NCBI GenBank assembly: GCA_903873565.1
Contig: CAIQOY010000224.1
Span: forward strand, 1 to 35,191
Length of the DNA: 35,191 nt
Source of the DNA: an uncultured Actinomycetes bacterium
Lineage (GTDB): Bacteria > Actinomycetota > Thermoleophilia > Gaiellales > F1-60-MAGs149
Direction of reading: 5' to 3'
Both the position numbers and the translations under genes were made by a program. Every line of letters starts with the position of its first letter. Position 1 is the stretch's first letter. Below the pieces are notes generated by a model that ran no database searches, was not told where the DNA came from, and saw nothing but the letters and a program-made list of their open reading frames with translations. This document shows positions 24,348 through 32,997 of the stretch, in pieces.

Positions 24348-25141
24348 CAGGCGCGCGCCTCCCGCTCCGCGCCGCCGGCGAAGGCCAGCGCGGGCGCGGC
24401 GTCGACGATCCCGGCCTCGGCGGCCAGCGCGAAGTAGCGGGCCAGCCCCTCCTGCTCGCGCGGGCCGAAGCGGTAGCGCAGCTTCTCGAAGTAGCGCGCG
24501 AGGAACCCGGCCGGGAAGCCGTAGCGCTCGGCGGCGGCCTCGGCGACCAGCGCGGCGTGCTCGGAGGCGTCGGCGACGGCGTCGGCGAGCGCGCGGTCGA
24601 GGGCGGCGAGGGCGGCGGGGTCGGCGTCGCGGCGCGCCGCCCAGACCGCGAACACCATCGGCAGCCCGGTGCGCTCGCGCCAGAGGATGCCGAGGTCGTG
24701 GTGCGGGGTTGCGTCGGTCATCGCGCTCTCGAGCGCCTCGTCGCCGATCATCAGGCGCGCGTCGGCGGGCTCGCCCTCGGGGCGGATCTCGGCCCCGGGC
24801 AGCAGGATCCGCACGAGCGCGACCGAGGCCGCGCTCTGCGCGGTCACGCTGACGGAGCCGACGGCGGGCAGGGGCACGTCGGTGACGAGCTGCACGGAGT
24901 CGACGGCGCCGTCGGAGGAGATGCACACGCTCGGGAGCAGCACGAGCTCGTCGGCGTGCGCCGCGTAGGCGATCGACGACACGTTGGCCACGTCGAGCGC
25001 GCCCTCGGCGAGCAGGCGGTTGAGCGCCGTGGGCACGCCGAGGGTCTCCTCGAGCGCGTCGGGGCCGAGCCGGCGCTCGAGCGACCAGGCCAGCGGGAAC
25101 GTGTTGATGTAGTCGACGCGGCCGATGCGCAGCGGGGTCAC
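24347..25141 (-). CDS. mqnA: chorismate dehydratase (futalosine pathway MqnA)
   Basis: LRIGRVDYINTFPLAW at the N-terminus and a PBP-like fold of about 264 aa. The GTG start overlaps the mqnE stop (GTGA), and the stop overlaps the mqnC ATG (ATGA). Confidence 0.75.
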   Translation of the reverse strand: MTPLRIGRVDYINTFPLAWSLERRLGPDALEETLGVPTALNRLLAEGALDVANVSSIAYAAHADELVLLPSVCISSDGAVDSVQLVTDVPLPAVGSVSVTAQSAASVALVRILLPGAEIRPEGEPADARLMIGDEALESAMTDATPHHDLGILWRERTGLPMVFAVWAARRDADPAALAALDRALADAVADASEHAALVAEAAAERYGFPAGFLARYFEKLRYRFGPREQEGLARYFALAAEAGIVDAAPALAFAGGAEREARA

Positions 25142-26253
25142 GGGTCCCACCGCCTCAGCTCGTTGTAGAAGGTGTCGCGCTGGACCGGGATCTTGCCGGC
25201 CTCGCGGATCACGCGCACGAGGGCCTCGACCTTCTCCTCGGTCGGGGTCACGGCGCCGGCCGCATGCGCGATCTGCTCCTCGACCACGGTGCCCTGGATG
25301 TCGTTGGCGCCGAAGGACAGCGCGACCTGGGCGAGCGGGGTCGAGATCATGATCCAGTAGGCCTTGACGTGCTCGATGTTGTCGAGCATCAGCCGCGAGA
25401 CGGCGATCATCTTGAGGTCGTCCTGGCCCGTCGAGAACTTCCAGCCGCGCCGCTCGAAGACGGTGTTCTCCGGGTGGAAGGGCAGCGGGATGAAGGCCAT
25501 GAAGCCGCCCGTGTCGTCCTGCAGCTCGCGCAGGGCGAGCAGGTGCTCGATCCGCTCCTCGTACGTCTCGACGTGGTTGTAGAGCATCGTGCAGTGCGTC
25601 TTGAGGCCGCGCTCGTGCGCGAGCCGGTGCGTGCGCAGCCAGTACTCGCCGGGCTCCTTGCCGGGCGCGATGATCTTGCGCACGCGCGGCGCGAACACCT
25701 CGGCGCCGCCGCCGGGCAGCGTGTCGAGGCCCGCCTCGATCAGGTGGTCGAGGACCTCGCCGTGGTCGAGGCCCGACAGCTTCGTCATGTGGTGGATCTC
25801 CGACGCGGTGAACAGCTTCAGCTGCACGCCGGGCAGGCCCTCCTTGAGGGCCCGCGTGACGTCGATGTAGTACTGGAAGTCGAGGTGCGGGTTCTCGCCG
25901 CCGACCATGTGGATCTCGGTGAAGTCCTGGTGGGCCTGGACCTCCTGGGCGTGCGCGACGAGCTCGTCGATGTCCCAGATCACGGCGTCCGCCTGCTTCG
26001 AGGTGCGCGCGAACGCGCAGAACTTGCACTTGACCCGGCAGATCGTCGTGTGGTTGAGGTAGAGGTTGTTGACGAAGTAGACCTCGTCGGTGCCGCCGCG
26101 GCGGCGGCGCGCGAGGTCCGCGAGGGCCCCGAGCTCCAGCACGTCGTGCGACTCGAGCAGCGCGATGCCGTCGTCGAGGTCGAGGCGCTCGCCGGCCTCC
26201 ACCTTCTCGCGGATCTCCCTGAGCTCGGTGCTCTTCGCGCTGATCGTGGCCAT
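25138..26253 (-). CDS. mqnE: radical-SAM aminofutalosine synthase
   Basis: IREKVEAGERL, NLYLNHTTICRVKCKFCAF, TEIHMVGGENP, PGGGAEVF and FIPLPFHPENT. An RBS GGAAGG lies upstream of ATG 26253. Confidence 0.75.
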   Translation of the reverse strand: MATISAKSTELREIREKVEAGERLDLDDGIALLESHDVLELGALADLARRRRGGTDEVYFVNNLYLNHTTICRVKCKFCAFARTSKQADAVIWDIDELVAHAQEVQAHQDFTEIHMVGGENPHLDFQYYIDVTRALKEGLPGVQLKLFTASEIHHMTKLSGLDHGEVLDHLIEAGLDTLPGGGAEVFAPRVRKIIAPGKEPGEYWLRTHRLAHERGLKTHCTMLYNHVETYEERIEHLLALRELQDDTGGFMAFIPLPFHPENTVFERRGWKFSTGQDDLKMIAVSRLMLDNIEHVKAYWIMISTPLAQVALSFGANDIQGTVVEEQIAHAAGAVTPTEEKVEALVRVIREAGKIPVQRDTFYNELRRWDP

Positions 26254-26266
26254 ATCGCCTTCCGTC

Positions 26267-27238
26267 CTAGGTATCGCGGTCCACCACCCCGCGGACCACC
26301 ATCCGCAGGGGCGCCGTGTCGAGGTCGCCGGCGACGCGGTCGAGCGACTCCTCCGCCGCCCGCACCAGCTCGCGCGCGGCGTCGCGCGCGTCGTCGAGCG
26401 CACCCGTCTCCGCGACCAGCGCCAGGAGCCCCGGCACGTCGTCGGGCGCGGGCTGGCGGCGCAGGGCGTCGGCGATGCGCGCCTCGCGCGTCGCCGCCAT
26501 CAGGAGGGGCAGGGTCGCCGTGCCGCCGATCAGATCCGTGCCGACGGCCTTGCCGGTCGCGTCCGCCGTGCCCTCGCAGTCGAGGATGTCGTCGGCGACC
26601 TGGAAGGCGAGGCCGAGCAGCCGGCCGTACTCGGCGAGCGCCTCGACGTCGGCGGGCTCGAGGCCGCCGAGGCGGCCGCCCAGCGCGCAGGCCGCCGCGA
26701 ACAGCCGCCCGGTCTTGAGGGTGCAGCGCTCGTAGTACCGCTCGGGCGTCGTCCCGGGCTCGCGCGTCTGCAGCATCTGCAGCGCCTCGCCCTCGGACAG
26801 GCCGAGCGCGGCCTGCGCGAGCAGGGTCAGGCAGGCGATGTCGCCGGTCTCGGCCAGCACCCCGAAGGCGCGCGCGAACAGCATGTCGCCGGTCGCGCCG
26901 GCCACGCGGTCGCCGTGCAGCGCCCACACCGTGGGGCGGCCGCGGCGCAGGGCCGCGTGGTCGAGGACGTCGTCGTGCACGAGCGTCGCCATGTGCACCA
27001 GCTCGACGGCGCTGCCGGCGCGCACGAGGTCCTCGTCGCCCTGGCGGCCGGCGGGGGCGGACAGGAGCACGAGCAGCGGGCGCAGCCGCTTGCCGCCGGC
27101 GGCGAGCGTCTCGCCGGCCGTGGCCGCGGTGGAGCCGCCGACCCAGGCGACGTCGTCGGCCAGCCGCTCCTCGACGCGCGCGAGGTAGCCGCGCACGGGG
27201 CCGAGCGCGAGCAGGTCGGCGTAGCCGATGGTGCTCAC
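26267..27238 (-). CDS. trans-polyprenyl diphosphate synthase (IspB/HepT-like)
   Basis: Both aspartate-rich motifs are present (LVHDDVLD and FQVADDILD), plus GKRLRP. The GTG start overlaps the ubiE stop (GTGA). Confidence 0.85.
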   Translation of the reverse strand: MSTIGYADLLALGPVRGYLARVEERLADDVAWVGGSTAATAGETLAAGGKRLRPLLVLLSAPAGRQGDEDLVRAGSAVELVHMATLVHDDVLDHAALRRGRPTVWALHGDRVAGATGDMLFARAFGVLAETGDIACLTLLAQAALGLSEGEALQMLQTREPGTTPERYYERCTLKTGRLFAAACALGGRLGGLEPADVEALAEYGRLLGLAFQVADDILDCEGTADATGKAVGTDLIGGTATLPLLMAATREARIADALRRQPAPDDVPGLLALVAETGALDDARDAARELVRAAEESLDRVAGDLDTAPLRMVVRGVVDRDT

Positions 27239-27996
27239 GCGGCCTCCCGCGGGACGGTGCCGACGTGCAGGGCGACGATGCCGCCGCCGAGCAGGCGGTA
27301 GCGGACGTCCTCGAGGCCGCCCTGGTACAGCCGCTCGGCGAGCGCGGAGGGGCCGGGGAAGCGGCGCACCGAGGCCGGCAGGTAGGTGTAGGCGGACGAG
27401 CCGCTGTCGATCGCGCGGCCCGCGGCCGGCACCATGCGGTCGAACCAGAGCCGGTGGAAGCGCGCGGCGACGCCGCGCTCCGGCGTCGTGATCTCCAGGC
27501 ACACGACCTTGCCGCCGGGCCGCACGACGCGCACGAGCTCGGCGATGCCGCGGTCGAGGTCGGCCACGTTGCGGATCCCGAAGGCGACGGTGGCGGCCGC
27601 GAAGCGGTCGTCGGGGAAGGGCAGAGACAGCGCATCGCCGTTGAGCAGCGTCGCCTGCTCGGTGCCCTTGCGGGCGATCTTGGCGCGGCCGCGCTCGAGC
27701 ATCCGCTCGGCGAAGTCGAGGCCGATCACCTCGCCGCCCGGGCCGACGCGGCGCGCGAGCTCGAGGGTCAGGTCGGCGGTGCCGCAGCAGCAGTCGAGGA
27801 CGCTGGCCCCCGCGCCGACGCCGGTGGCGTCCGCGGCCAGCTTGCGCCAGCGGCGGTCGAGCCCCGCGGTCATCACGCGGTTCATCGCGTCGTAGGGGCG
27901 CGCGATCCGGTCGAACATCTCCTGCACCCGCTCGGGCGGCAGGGTGCCCTCGTCGGCGCCGTAGCGGACGGGCAGGTTCGCGGACGGGTCGCTCAC
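27235..27996 (-). CDS. ubiE: demethylmenaquinone methyltransferase
   Basis: FDRIARPYDAMN, the SAM motif VLDCCCGTAD, and FGIRNV. The GTG start overlaps the ubiX stop. Confidence 0.9.
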   Translation of the reverse strand: MSDPSANLPVRYGADEGTLPPERVQEMFDRIARPYDAMNRVMTAGLDRRWRKLAADATGVGAGASVLDCCCGTADLTLELARRVGPGGEVIGLDFAERMLERGRAKIARKGTEQATLLNGDALSLPFPDDRFAAATVAFGIRNVADLDRGIAELVRVVRPGGKVVCLEITTPERGVAARFHRLWFDRMVPAAGRAIDSGSSAYTYLPASVRRFPGPSALAERLYQGGLEDVRYRLLGGGIVALHVGTVPREAA

Positions 27997-28589
27997 GCCT
28001 CGTCCCCCCAGCGCCGCACGAGGTCGTGGTCGACCCCGCAGAGGTCCAGCACGCGGCCCGCGACGAAGTCGATCTGGTCCTGCAGCGCGTCCGGCTGCGT
28101 GTAGAAGGCCGGCATCGCCGGCGCGATCACGGCCCCGGCCTCGGCCAGCGTCGTGAGGGTGCGCAGGTGCAGGAGCGACAGCGGCGACTCGCGCGGCACG
28201 ATCACGAGCCGGCGGCCCTCCTTGAGGGCCACGCCGGCCGCGCGGTGGATCAGGTTGGCCTGGCTCGACGAGGCGATCGTGCCGCAGGTCGCCATCGAGC
28301 ACGGGCAGACCACGTAGGCGTCGACCTTGGCCGAGCCGGAGGCGTACGGGGAGAACCAGTCCTCCTCCGCGTAGAGCGTGGCGCCGTCGCCGCCGTGCTC
28401 GCGCACGAGCCGCGCGGCGGCCTCGTCCCCGGGCAGGGCGCGGTCGCGGTAGACCTCCCAGGCGATCACCTCGCCGGCCGCCTTGGACGCGCAGACGCCG
28501 ACCTCCGCGCCGGCCGCGCGCAGGCCGTCGAGGACGCGGGCCGCGTAGGGGGCGCCGGAGGCGCCGGTGATGCCGAGGAAGATGCGCAT
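27993..28589 (-). CDS. ubiX: flavin prenyltransferase UbiX (prenyl-FMN synthase)
   Basis: MRIFLGITGASGAPYA...VVCPCSMATCGTIA...VPRESPLS. ATG at 28589. Confidence 0.9.
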   Translation of the reverse strand: MRIFLGITGASGAPYAARVLDGLRAAGAEVGVCASKAAGEVIAWEVYRDRALPGDEAAARLVREHGGDGATLYAEEDWFSPYASGSAKVDAYVVCPCSMATCGTIASSSQANLIHRAAGVALKEGRRLVIVPRESPLSLLHLRTLTTLAEAGAVIAPAMPAFYTQPDALQDQIDFVAGRVLDLCGVDHDLVRRWGDEA

Positions 28590-28613
28590 GCGTCGGGGGG
28601 AGCGTGCCCGGGC

Positions 28614-28619
28614 AGGATA
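28614..28619 (-). promoter_or_regulatory. -10-like hexamer TATCCT, 24 nt upstream of the ubiX ATG
   Basis: Matches TANNNT in the 157-nt gap that follows the qcr terminator-like hairpin. Confidence 0.3.
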
Positions 28620-28694
28620 CGCCAGCACCGGGAACGGGCCCTCACCAAGCCCTTCGCGGCGACCCGCCCCGCGGACCGCCCCGCGAGACGCTGA

Positions 28695-28718
28695 GGGCCG
28701 GGCGTCTCCGCCCGGCCC
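28695..28718 (-). terminator. GC-rich hairpin downstream of qcrC (10-bp perfect stem GGGCCGGGCG/CGCCCGGCCC, 4-nt loop), no U-tract
   Basis: Read directly from the sequence. It begins about 30 nt after the qcrC stop. Hairpin terminators without a U-tract are common in high-GC Gram-positives. Confidence 0.45.
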
Positions 28719-28746
28719 CCGGCCTTCCGCTCTGCGTGCGGGTCGG

Positions 28747-29622
28747 CTAGTCGCCGGCCGCGGCCGCGCCGCCGCCCGCGAACAGCCCGCCGGCCGTCTC
28801 GCACGCCGCGGGGTAGACCTCGGCGGCCGTGGCGGCCTCCGGGCCCTCCTCGCCGGCGGGCGCGCCGGAGTGCGTGGCCACGTACCCCGCGAGGCACTTC
28901 ATCTCGTCCTCCGAGTACGTGCCGCTGAAGGCGGGCATGCCGCCCTTGCCGTTGGCGATCAGGTCGTACGCGGTCTCGTAGTTGACCGCGCCCTCCGTCA
29001 GGTTCGGGCCCACGTTGCCGGCCGTGCCCGCGTCCGCGAACGTGTGGCAGGTCGAGCACGCGCCGCCCGCGAAGGCGGCCGCGCCGGGCGCGTCGGAGGC
29101 GGCGCCGCCGGCGCCGGGCGCCTTGGAGCCGTAGAACGTCAGGGTCAGCAGCACGATCGGCACGCAGACGCCGACCGCGAGCGCGATCGGGCGCCGGGAC
29201 AGCCGCCGATCCGGGTTGCGGTCGATGAACGGCCAGCCGATCAGCAGCACCATCCAGATCGTCGGGATGATCACCGAGCCGACGAGCAGCAGCTCCGGCG
29301 TCTTGAAGATGCGCAGGAGCTCGAAGAGGAAGAAGAAGTACCACTCGGGCTTCGGGTCGTAGGCCTCGACGCCCGGATCGGCGCGGCCCTCGTAGGCCGG
29401 GCCGAGGATGCCGCCGGCGCGCTCGACGCCGGGCTCCATCGGGACGGGCTCGAACTGGGCCCACCAGAGCACCGACATGCCCATGATGATCCCGACGACG
29501 ATCAGGCTGACGATCGTGTCGTGGAAGACGGCGTGCGGGAAGAACGACTTGCCGTGGCGCTTCTGGAACGCGTACTCGCGCTGGTAGCGGTCGCGGCGCT
29601 CGCGTGCGGTGAGGCGGGGCAT
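28747..29622 (-). CDS. qcrC: menaquinol-cytochrome c reductase subunit IV-like domain fused to monohaem cytochrome c (Bacillus QcrC architecture)
   Basis: Qo-loop KPEWYFFFLFELLR, three TM helices, and a C-terminal CSTCH haem-c motif with GGMP (axial Met). ATGA overlap with qcrB. Confidence 0.8.
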   Translation of the reverse strand: MPRLTARERRDRYQREYAFQKRHGKSFFPHAVFHDTIVSLIVVGIIMGMSVLWWAQFEPVPMEPGVERAGGILGPAYEGRADPGVEAYDPKPEWYFFFLFELLRIFKTPELLLVGSVIIPTIWMVLLIGWPFIDRNPDRRLSRRPIALAVGVCVPIVLLTLTFYGSKAPGAGGAASDAPGAAAFAGGACSTCHTFADAGTAGNVGPNLTEGAVNYETAYDLIANGKGGMPAFSGTYSEDEMKCLAGYVATHSGAPAGEEGPEAATAAEVYPAACETAGGLFAGGGAAAAGD

Positions 29623-30335
29623 CAGACGTCGCCCTCCGTGACCTTCATGCGGGACCAGGGCGGCGACGTCACGCCGAGGCGGATGACGAGCCACAGGTGC
29701 AGCGCGATCAGGCCGCCGATGGCGCCGGGCAGGACCAGCATGTGCAGCGCGTAGAAGCGCGACAGCGTGTGGGTCGAGATCTCCGGGCCGACCATCAGGA
29801 TGTACGACAGCGCCGGGCCGAGGATCGGCGCGGTGCCGTTGATGTTCACGCCGACGACGGTGGCCCAGTAGGCGCGCTCGTCGAACACGAGCAGGTAGCC
29901 CGTGAACGACATCGCCATCACGAGGATGAAGATGATCGCGCCGGTGATCCAGGTCATCTCGCGCGGGTACTTGTAGGCCCCGAACAGGAACGTGCGGCCC
30001 ATGTGCAGGAAGAGCAGCACGACCATCACGGAGGAGCCCCACTTGTGCATGCCGCGGACCATCCAGCCGAGCGTCGCGTCGTTCGTGATGAACGCGATCG
30101 TGTTCCAGGCGGTGGCCGGGTCGGGCTGGTAGTACATCGCGAGCAGGACGCCGGTGGTGGCCTGCAGGATGAACACGGTCATCAGCGCGGAGCCGAGCGT
30201 CTGCAGCCAGGAGATGTCCTTCGGGACGTTCCTGAACAGCATGTACTTGCCGACGGAGAGGAGGCCGGAGCGCTCCTCGATCCAGTCGGCGGGCATCCGG
30301 GCGATCTCACTGGGGGGAGGCAGCAGCGTGGACAT
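29622..30335 (-). CDS. qcrB: split (b6-length) cytochrome b
   Basis: 237 aa with four helices and two His pairs at 13-residue spacing (HKWGSSVMVVLLFLH and HMLVLPGAIGGLIALH). SD AGGAG lies upstream. Confidence 0.85.
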   Translation of the reverse strand: MSTLLPPPSEIARMPADWIEERSGLLSVGKYMLFRNVPKDISWLQTLGSALMTVFILQATTGVLLAMYYQPDPATAWNTIAFITNDATLGWMVRGMHKWGSSVMVVLLFLHMGRTFLFGAYKYPREMTWITGAIIFILVMAMSFTGYLLVFDERAYWATVVGVNINGTAPILGPALSYILMVGPEISTHTLSRFYALHMLVLPGAIGGLIALHLWLVIRLGVTSPPWSRMKVTEGDV

Positions 30336-30354
30336 GTGAAGGGTCTCCTGCCGT

Positions 30355-30972
30355 CTACGGGGTCGGGTACAGCCAGGAAAGCAGGCCGGTGGTGGGGGAG
30401 CCGGGGAGCTTGAACTGGTCGGTCATGACGACCTTGCCGTCGACCTCCTTCGTGGCGAAGGGCCGGCCGACGTAGAGGTTCCCGTTCTCGACCTTGTACT
30501 CGAAGCGGTTGAGCGGGCGGTTCGGCGGGCCCGCGGTGCGGATGCCCTCCGTGTCGTACTGGCCGCCGTGGCAGGGGCACGCGAAGTTCGTGGCCTTGAA
30601 CTGGACGGGGCAGCCGAGGTGCATGCAGGTGTTGGAGATGATCGTGAACTCCTCGGCGCCGTCGCGGCGGACGAAGGCGACACGGCGGTCGAGCTCGCCG
30701 AGCTCGCCGCGCTCGAACACGACGGGCTGGTACTCGCCCTCCTTGAACTGGTCGCTGTCGGCCGGGCCGAAGTTCGTCCAGTACCACTTCTCGCTGACGA
30801 AGGAGGGCCCGAGCACGTAGCCGATCGCCGGGACGGCGATGGCGACGCCGAGCAGCCCGCCCAGGCCGACGGTGGCGCCGGTCAGGAACTTGCTGCGGCT
30901 GATCACCGCGCGGGGGTCGTTGACGTCGCTGTAGGACGACGCGCCGGCCTTCTCGTTTCCGTTCTCACCCAC
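30355..30972 (-). CDS. qcrA: Rieske 2Fe-2S subunit
   Basis: CMHLGCP...CPCHGGQY cluster-binding boxes. The N-terminal signal anchor carries SRSKFL. GTG start preceded by GGAGG. Confidence 0.85.
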   Translation of the reverse strand: MGENGNEKAGASSYSDVNDPRAVISRSKFLTGATVGLGGLLGVAIAVPAIGYVLGPSFVSEKWYWTNFGPADSDQFKEGEYQPVVFERGELGELDRRVAFVRRDGAEEFTIISNTCMHLGCPVQFKATNFACPCHGGQYDTEGIRTAGPPNRPLNRFEYKVENGNLYVGRPFATKEVDGKVVMTDQFKLPGSPTTGLLSWLYPTP

Positions 30973-30995
30973 GGGTCGAGCCTCCAGTCACCCGG

Positions 30996-31027
30996 ATATC
31001 TTGGTCGCGCTGCGGGCGCGCTGTCAA
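30996..31027 (-). promoter_or_regulatory. candidate qcrABC promoter: perfect -35 TTGACA (31022-31027), AAGATA/AGATAT about 19-20 nt downstream
   Basis: Lies in the 84-nt msrB-qcrA gap. A GGAGG SD follows before GTG 30972. The spacer is longer than optimal. Confidence 0.3.
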
Positions 31028-31056
31028 AGTCGCATCGAACCGCACAAGCGCCCCGC

Positions 31057-31458
31057 TCACGCCTCGGCCTCCGCGGCGGCCTTCTCGAGCGAGCAGGAGT
31101 TGATGCAGTAGCGCAGGCCCGTCGGCTGCGGGCCGTCGGGGAAGACGTGCCCGAGGTGGCCGCCGCAGCCCGTGCAGACGACCTCGATCCGGCGCATGCC
31201 GTGGGACACGTCCTCGCGCGCCCCGACCCGCTCGTCCTCCACGGGACGCGTGAAGCTGGGCCAGCCCGTGCCCGAGTCGAACTTGTCGTCCGACGAGAAC
31301 AGCTCGGCGCCGCAGCCCGCGCAGCGGTACACGCCGGCGCCGTGGTCGTCCCAGTAGGCGCCGGTGAACGGCGGCTCGGTGCCGGCCTCGCGCAGCACGT
31401 GGTACTGCTCCGGCGTCAGCGCCTGGCGCCACTCGTCGTCGGTCTTCTGCATGCCCAT
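31057..31458 (-). CDS. msrB: peptide-methionine (R)-S-oxide reductase
   Basis: Two CxxC zinc pairs (CAGCG and CTGCG), GTGWPSF, and the catalytic RYCINS. Confidence 0.9.
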   Translation of the reverse strand: MGMQKTDDEWRQALTPEQYHVLREAGTEPPFTGAYWDDHGAGVYRCAGCGAELFSSDDKFDSGTGWPSFTRPVEDERVGAREDVSHGMRRIEVVCTGCGGHLGHVFPDGPQPTGLRYCINSCSLEKAAAEAEA

Positions 31459-31473
31459 GCTCAGGTGCCCCCG

Positions 31474-32997
31474 CTAGCCGCGGCGAAGCCTGGCGAGCAT
31501 ACCGCCGCCGCCCCCGGGCGCCGCGGGCGGCCGCGGCGTGTGGCGCCCCTCGAAGCCGGGCAGCGGGATCCCGAGCTCGGCCCAGCGCGCGTCGACCGCG
31601 GCCTTGACGTCGTCGGGGATGCGGTTGACCTCGGGCCAGCCGCGCGTGTAGCCCTCGCCCTCCCACTTGGCGGTGGCGTCGAAGCCGATCTTGCCGCCGA
31701 TCGCCTTCAGGCGGGCGGCGTGGTCGAGCTGGTCGAGCGGGCCGTACGACATCAGGATGTCGTGGGCCGGGTCGATGTTGGCGCCCATCTGCCAGACGAC
31801 CTCGGTGTAGTCGTGCACGTCGACCCAGTCGTCGACGATGATCACGGCCTTGGTGAGGGACAAGAGGCCCGTGCCCCAGATCGCGTTCATCACCTTCTGG
31901 GCGTGGCCGGGGAAGCGCTTGCGGATCGACACGATCGCGCAGTTGTGGAACGTGCCGGCGGCCGGCAGGTCGTAGTCGACGACCTCGGGCAGCGTCATCC
32001 GCACGGCCGGCAGGAAGATCCGCTCGGTGGCCTTGGCCAGCCAGAGGTCCTCGCAGGGCGGCGGGCCGACGACGATCGTCGGGTAGATCGGGTCGCGCCG
32101 CGACGTGATCGCCGTGATGTGCATCACGGGGAAGTCGTCGACGGGCGTGTAGTAGCCGGTGTGGTCGCCGAAGGGGCCCTCGGGGCGCAGCTCGCCGCGC
32201 TCGCAGTAGCCCTCGATCACGATCTCCGCGTTGGCGGGCACCTCGACGTCGATCGTCTTCGCGGGCACGACCTCGACGGGCGCGTCGCGCAGCCAGCCCG
32301 CGACCATGTACTCGTCGACGTGCTTGGGCAGCGGCATCGAGCCGCAGTAGGTCGTCGTCGGGTCGGTGCCGAGCGCGATCGCGACCTCCATCCGCCCCGC
32401 CCCCTCGGTCCAGTCCTGCGCGGCGTCCTTGTGGATCTGCCAGTGCAGGCCGAGCTCCGTGGCCGAGTGCTTCTGCAGCCGGTACATGCCGACGTTGCGG
32501 CCGCCCGTGACCGGGTCCTTCGTGATCACGTTGGCGAGCGTCACGTACGGGCCGCCGTCGTCCGGCCAGCAGGTCAGGACGGGCAGGAGGTCGAGGCTCG
32601 GCTCGGGCCAGACGACCTCCTGGCAGGGCGCCGAGCGCACGACCTTGGGCCGGGCGTCCGCGACCGACTTGAGCTGGCCGAGCTTCTTCACCTTGTCGGC
32701 CAGGCCGTCGGGCGGGCGCAGCTCGAGCAGGTCGGCGATCTCGTCGCCGATCGCGTCGAGCGAGTCGGCGCCGAGCGCCATCAGCATCCGCCGCTCCGTC
32801 CCGAACTGGTTGATCAGGACGGGCACGCGCGAGCCCTTGACGTTGGTGAACAGGAGCGCCGGGCCGCCGCCCTTCATCGCGCGGTCGGCGATCTCGGTGA
32901 TCTCCAGGTGGGGGTCGACCTCCTGCGTCACCTCGACGAGCTCGCCCGCGCGGCGCAGCATGTCGATCCAGTCGCGCAGGTCGCGGGGGCCGTTCAC
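31474..32997 (-). CDS. ubiD: UbiD-family prenyl-FMN-dependent decarboxylase (menaquinone-type)
   Basis: 507 aa with a UbiD-like N-terminus (LRDWIDMLRRAGELVEV...GPALLF) and GPFGDHTGYY. GTG start with a GTGA overlap onto the upstream ORF. Confidence 0.9.
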   Translation of the reverse strand: MNGPRDLRDWIDMLRRAGELVEVTQEVDPHLEITEIADRAMKGGGPALLFTNVKGSRVPVLINQFGTERRMLMALGADSLDAIGDEIADLLELRPPDGLADKVKKLGQLKSVADARPKVVRSAPCQEVVWPEPSLDLLPVLTCWPDDGGPYVTLANVITKDPVTGGRNVGMYRLQKHSATELGLHWQIHKDAAQDWTEGAGRMEVAIALGTDPTTTYCGSMPLPKHVDEYMVAGWLRDAPVEVVPAKTIDVEVPANAEIVIEGYCERGELRPEGPFGDHTGYYTPVDDFPVMHITAITSRRDPIYPTIVVGPPPCEDLWLAKATERIFLPAVRMTLPEVVDYDLPAAGTFHNCAIVSIRKRFPGHAQKVMNAIWGTGLLSLTKAVIIVDDWVDVHDYTEVVWQMGANIDPAHDILMSYGPLDQLDHAARLKAIGGKIGFDATAKWEGEGYTRGWPEVNRIPDDVKAAVDARWAELGIPLPGFEGRHTPRPPAAPGGGGGMLARLRRG

